From the human T2T-CHM13v2.0 reference genome, Homo sapiens, in NCBI RefSeq assembly GCF_009914755.1, contig NC_060930.1: 64,000 nt of DNA. One strand, written 5' to 3'. Below the pieces are notes generated by a model. The model saw only the letters and a list, made by a program, of their open reading frames with translations. It was not told the DNA's origin and made no database searches. Both the position numbers and the translations under genes were made by a program. Of the stretch, positions 58,528 through 64,000 are shown in pieces (within the stretch, counting starts at the first letter, position 1; the number at the start of each line of letters is the position of its first letter).

Positions 58528-58985
58528 TGTGACAGATACTGCAGGTTGTTCAGGAGAATTATTTTCTTTTATTTCTGGACACATGGCTAGATTCCATTTT
58601 TCAGACTCTGTTACAGTGAGGTGTGGTCCTAAGACTGATTTCTAACCAGGGAAATGTGGGTTGAAGTGATATATGGACACTTTCAAACTTGGCCTATAAA
58701 GAATTGAAGATTCAATTCACTATGCTCTTCTCCTTCTGTCTGCGGGGTTTGGACTCCCAGGGTGACCTTGGACATAACTGGTGAAGACAGCAGAGTGTGC
58801 CTCACTCTGGGGCTGTGACTGATGGTATAGAGTAGAGCACTGTCACACTTCCATCTTTCCAAGTCAAGTTAATTTAGATCTGTCTCAGATGTTTTGGATT
58901 TTTTAATTGAGAAAGAAATATACTTGCATTGTGTTTGGAACTGTCAAATACTTAGGGGACTATTAGTTACCTTGGTGTGACTATT
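58528..58985 (+). mobile_element. Old MLT1 (H-J-like) LTR
   Basis: TGTGACAGATACTGCAGGTTG...GGCTAGATTCCATTTTTCAG..AATGTGGGTTGAAGTGAT. Confidence 0.65.
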
Positions 58986-59214
58986 TTTAAAGTTTTTTAA
59001 AAGTTCTCTACTACAATACAGGACACTATATATGACCAACAAGGACCTACATTATCACTAATTTTGCTGTTCCTTCAAACTTAACTCCCACCACCCCTCT
59101 GTGCACAGTGTATTATATATCTATACCAAATCATTTCACTGACATGATGGAGCACATGTCATTTCCCTTTATAGGTTTTCCCTGTATCTACAATGTCCCT
59201 GAACTTTTGAACTT

Positions 59215-59726
59215 TTGATTATTTAAAACAACAATTTTATTTTGCTTACAATTTCAAGGGTCTGAGGTTTGTGAAGAGATTGACAGTTTATCTTTCATCC
59301 TTGAAGAAATCTTCTGGGGTGGCAGGTTGCTGCTGGATCCTCTTCCAGGATGGCTGCTTCATTTGCATTTCTGAGCCTCAGAACTCCTTGGTCCATGTCT
59401 GTCTGCCTGTCTCTTTTTCTTTTTCTCTCTTTATGTGGTGTCTGATCCTCTAGCGAAGGTCCACAGAGATGCTTCTCACATCATGGTAGTCTCGGGATCA
59501 TGGCACTTCTTCATGGCAGCTGGATTTGTGAAGTACCCAAAAGCACATGTTCCAAAAAGTCTGAGTAAAATTTACAAAGCTTGATATGGTGGAGCCTCAA
59601 ATTCCCAAGATGTCACTTTTTATATATCTTATTAGACAAGCAAGTTATAAGACAAGCATAGTTTCAAAGGAAAGGAAATTAGACTCTATCTCTCGGTAAA
59701 GGAGTAGCAAAGAATTTATAGCCACA
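59215..59726 (-). mobile_element. Old MLT1 (G/H-like) LTR
   Basis: TTAAAACAACAATTTTATTTTGCTTACAATTTC..TTCCAGGATGGCTGCTTCA..GAAATTAGACTCTATCTCT. Confidence 0.6.
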
Positions 59727-59749
59727 ATAAAAACTGGATATACTAGGTA

Positions 59750-60116
59750 TGCTATGGGTCTGAATGTTTGTGTCCCTCCAAAATTTATATGTTGTAATTC
59801 TCATCCCCAAGCTGACGGTATTAGAAAGTGAGACTTTTGGGAGGTGATTAGGTCATGAAGACAGAGCCCTCATGATGAGATTACTGCCACTGTGAAATAG
59901 GCCCCAGAGAGCTACCTTGCCCCTTCCACCATATGAGGAAACAGTAAAAAGACAGCCATCTATAAACCAGGAAATGGGGCTTTCTTCAGATCCTGAATCT
60001 GCTGGTTCTTCCTCTTGGACTTCTCAGCCTCAAGAACTGTGAAAAATAAATATCTGTTGTTTCTAAGCCACCTAATCTAAGGTATTTTGTTACAGAAGCC
60101 TGAACAGACTAAAATA
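59750..60116 (+). mobile_element. MLT1A-type MaLR solo LTR
   Basis: TGCTATGGGTCTGAATGTTTGTGTCCCTCCAAAATT...GAACAGACTAAAATA; perfect 5-bp TSD AGGTA at 59745-59749 and 60117-60121. Confidence 0.92.
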
Positions 60117-60304
60117 AGGTATATTCTAACTAAGTTATCACAATCTGAGAAATGAATATATCCATAACTAAAAATAAAATCTCAAAAAATTTTCATTATA
60201 AAGTTAAAAAATTAAACACTCATGTGTCCAAGGTATAACCCTAGTCAGGCAAACTAAATAATCTGTGGGTTTTGGGAGTCAAAATCTGAAAGTGGATATA
60301 TATG

Positions 60305-60665
60305 TGTATTAGTCTGCTTTCATGCTGCTGATAAAGACATACTTGAGACTGGGAAGAAAAAGAGGTTTAATGGACTTACAGTTCTACACGGCTGAGGAGG
60401 CATCACAATCATGGTGGAATTCAAGGAGGAGCAAAATTACATCTTACATGGATGGCAGCAGGCAAAAAGAGAGAGGTTGTGCAGGGGTACTCCTCTTTAT
60501 AAAACCATCAGATCTCATGAGACTTATTTGCTATCATGAGAACAGCACCAGAAAGACCTGCCCCAATTCAATTACCTCCCACTGGGTTTCTCCCATGACA
60601 CGCGGAAATTGTGGGAGCTACAAGTCAAGATGAGATTTGGGTGGGGACAGAGCCAAGCCATATCA
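60305..60665 (-). mobile_element. THE1 (ERVL-MaLR) solo LTR
   Basis: TGTATTAGTCTGCTTTCATGCTGCTGATAAAGACATAC...GCCAAGCCATATCA; perfect 5-bp TSD ATATG at 60300-60304 and 60666-60670. Confidence 0.96.
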
Positions 60666-60839
60666 ATATGTAAGTGAATCATAGTTACATTTAATGTACA
60701 AAGACAGTACATAATTTTATCTGAAATGAATTTAGTAAAAGACTAAAGTGAAAATATTCACAGAACAAAAAATTGATTTTAACGTTAGCTAGTAAGTCTA
60801 GGTCCTTAAGAAAATAGATAGCTTTTTAAAACATGGAAA

Positions 60840-61438
60840 AGACAGAAATACCATTCAACCCAGCAATCCCATTACTGGGTATATACCCAAAGGAATATAA
60901 ATCATTCGACTATAAAGACACGTGCTTACATGTTGTTCATTGCAGCACCATTCACAATAGCAAAGACATGGAATCAACCTAAATGCCCATCAATAATAGA
61001 CTAGATAAAGAAAATGTGGTACATATACACCATGGAATACTATGCAGCCATAAAAAATGAGATCATGTCCTTTGCAGGGACATGGATGCAGCTGGAGGCC
61101 ATTATCCTTAGCAAACTAACACTGGAACAGAAAACCAGCACAGCATGTTCTCACTAATAAGTGGGAGTTATGTGACGAGAACATATGGACACATAGAGGG
61201 AAAAACACAGTGGGGATTTTTGGAGAGTGGAGGGTGGGAGGAGGGAGAAGATCAGGAAAAATAACTAATGGGTACTAGGCTTAATACCTGGGTAATGAGA
61301 TAATCTGTACAACAAACCCTCATGACACAATATTACCTAAGTAACAAAGCTTGACTTATACCCCTAAACTTAAGATAAAATTAATAAAAGAAAGAAGTTG
61401 GCCACACTATGAATAAAAATAATAAAATAAATAAAATA
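60840..61438 (+). mobile_element. 5'-truncated older L1PA (about L1PA13-16) 3' end
   Basis: ORF2 C-terminal and 3'UTR text (GATCAGGAAAAATAACTAATGGGTACTAGGCTTAATACCTGGG); 12-bp TSD AAAACATGGAAA at 60828-60839 and 61439-61450. Confidence 0.93.
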
Positions 61439-64000
61439 AAAACATGGAAACCACAGAAGAATAAATGTGTGTATAAGAAATGTCCACTTTTGTTGTATTG
61501 GTAAAAACTAAAATTTTTCTGACTTAGTATTCTGCAGACAGGTATAATGATACAATTACAGCTTGCTCTGATATAATAATTACTAGTATTATAAAGAAAA
61601 CAAAGACAACATAAAAGGGATAATTTTTATTTAGGAATTATGTACATGTCAGTTTATATTATGACTATTTGGGAGACACAAAAAACTTGACTGTGTAGGG
61701 AGGTATCAACTGAAAAGAACTGATGTCATTGTCAACTATCGGCATGGGGTCACTTCTAGAATAATAAATGAATTAGGTTTCTGGAATAGCAAAGTAGAGG
61801 AATTCCTTGTTTTTCTATAATTTGATACTAACAGTTCTCTGATTATAAGACAGGATGTGTTCCATAACTATTTCAGGAATGATATTTAGGTATTTTTTTT
61901 TTTTACCATGTGAAAGCAGTTTGAGACTAAGATTACTAAAGTAGGCGTAGTGTTCATCAGTGATAGCAACAGCTGCAAATGCAATGAAATGATGTAGAAA
62001 AAGTCTCTGAAGCAAGCTAGGTTTGAGCAGCCATGAGTAATACTCAAAATGAATATCTGTCTTAGTTCAGTTGCAGGAAACAGCAGTCGCTCTAGGTCAC
62101 TCTAGCTATTTTAGGAGAAAAGGATTTAAAAGAGGAAGTTGTTGTGAGGACTGTAGACTGAACATTCAGGAATGAAGCCCTCAAAATACATTATTTAACT
62201 GGCCTGCCAGAAGAACATCTACCTCTGTCACAATGGGAATGGAGGGGGCATTGGGAGACTGCTCCTTAGACAGTCAGACTCAGGTACATACCGCTGCAGC
62301 AGTGACCCAGGGACCAAGGAACTGCCACCAGTGTACTTACCTCTTAACAACCCCAAAGCTAGTGAATGGAGCATGGCCCTGGGAAAACATTCCACACATC
62401 CATGGCCAGTTTGCCAGCAGCAACAGCAGAAGCAACCTACTTCTTCCCTCTCTTGGGAATGTATTTAATTGGCAGATTAATTTGCATCCATGACTCTGGC
62501 TATCAGATAGACTGTGAAAAGTATTCAGTTTTCCAGGCTGTTGCAGTTCAGATAGGCAATTAGAGGAGGCTGCAATGGCTGATGGTTGCCACTTCAATTC
62601 AACCACTACAAGGTGGTCCTGAGCTCCTAGGAGTGAGCATCCTGGAGTCACACTTTATGTGGAAGAAAGGCACTGTCCTCTGCCCAAGACTGTATTGTGG
62701 TCACCAGCAATTATCACACAAGAAGCCAACTCTCTGGGCCAGGCAGCTGTAGGAAGAGAAGCCCCATAGTAAGGATGCAAATGCTGGAGAATAGAAGGAC
62801 TGAGGAAATTCTTTCCAGGGATAGCTGGAAAACACACCTGGGTTAGTTTTCTTTAATTAGGTTACTGTAAGTCTTTTTCTCTGATAGCTTGTTTATGTAA
62901 GGGAAATACAATTTGATTTTGTTGTCATACATTGGTGAGGCCAGGGATGTGGGATTGAGTACAGTTCCTACACTTACAAAAACATTCAAAAGCAAACTTT
63001 GAACTCAAACTTTCACAACTCCCAAGCAAGATGGCAATAGAACCTATTCTACTCTATCTAAAGCCACGGCCAAAACAAGGCCATAAAATGTATGCTCAGA
63101 AGCATTTTAAAACTTATTTCCAAATATTAAGGACATTATGTATCTTTATTGAAAGGATAATAAACTTTCTTTTTGTTGTTTTATAAAAACAAATTGTATG
63201 TCAAGCCAATATTGAAATAAAATGGCACAGTTTTTCTGACTTATGAGAACACACAACACCTAGTTTTTAAACTGGGCAACACCGGATTACCTTTTAAGGG
63301 TAGCATTTGGAGTAAATTAAAACAGATGATGAAGCTGCACTGGGATTGATCTCATTGGTACTGGCTGAATGAATCACAGCTACAACCAAACGTATGAGCC
63401 TACAGATTGCACTGCTTTGTGTTAGGATTAAAAACAAAAACAAATTGATAAATAAATATGTTATTGAAATAAGAATGTACTCTTACTCTAGCTATGTTAT
63501 GAGTCATTCTTTCCAGGAGAAAACTCTTGCTTAAAAGGACTCTAATTATCTTCAACTGTGTCATTCTATTTAGTATGAATGCAGCCTTAAAATGAATAAA
63601 TTATTAACATTGGTAAAATAGCGTACATAAATGAGAATTATTATCAGTGAACTAGGGATTGTTTTTACAAAAATAAAGGTAATTATTTAAAACCTATAAA
63701 ACTAACGTTCAGATTCTAGCCTTGTAAGTTCTGTCAAGTTCTTACTAACACTACCCTTCACATAGTCTCCCCCTAGTTTCCATCACATCTTATGTATTCC
63801 TCTATTGCAGTATGAAGTGCCTTGAATTTTACAGCCAATATTTCTGCCTATAATTGTGTTGGAGACAAAAAGTTGACATACCAATAGGAAATTTATATAA
63901 GATATCAACAGTGGTGTACAATCTAATCTATTTGACGGATTTAGGATTCAGTATAACACTTAATAATCCAGAGAAAGGAGAAGAAGTATCAGATATGTTT

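Noticed and set aside
62058-62830. Higher-GC segment with several short ORFs
   Set aside because: The start resembles an old antisense LTR but I could not assign a family; the ORFs match nothing I recognise.

Overview
AT-rich primate genomic DNA, almost certainly human because it carries a near-consensus AluYb8. It is dominated by interspersed repeats: a full-length but inactivated L1PA7-like LINE-1 (24723-31187) with a 15-bp target-site duplication (TSD), several ancient L1M remnants (one with its 5'UTR and a large internal deletion), seven Alus and one FLAM monomer, two THE1 and several MLT1/ERVL/ERV1 solo LTRs, hAT and Tigger DNA-transposon fossils, and microsatellites including (GGAA)16. 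I recognise no host protein-coding exon, RNA gene or CpG-island promoter. The supplied ORFs are repeat-derived or look like chance frames. I did not find a novel biological system I can support. The best leads are the young AluYb8, the GGAA array, a DUX4-type site in one THE1 LTR, a possible short L1 3' transduction, two local tandem duplications, and a few strong orphan splice signals including an AG|GT recursive-splice-like site. Repeat subfamily names come from my recall of consensus sequences and need RepeatMasker/Dfam confirmation. Boundaries without a TSD are approximate.
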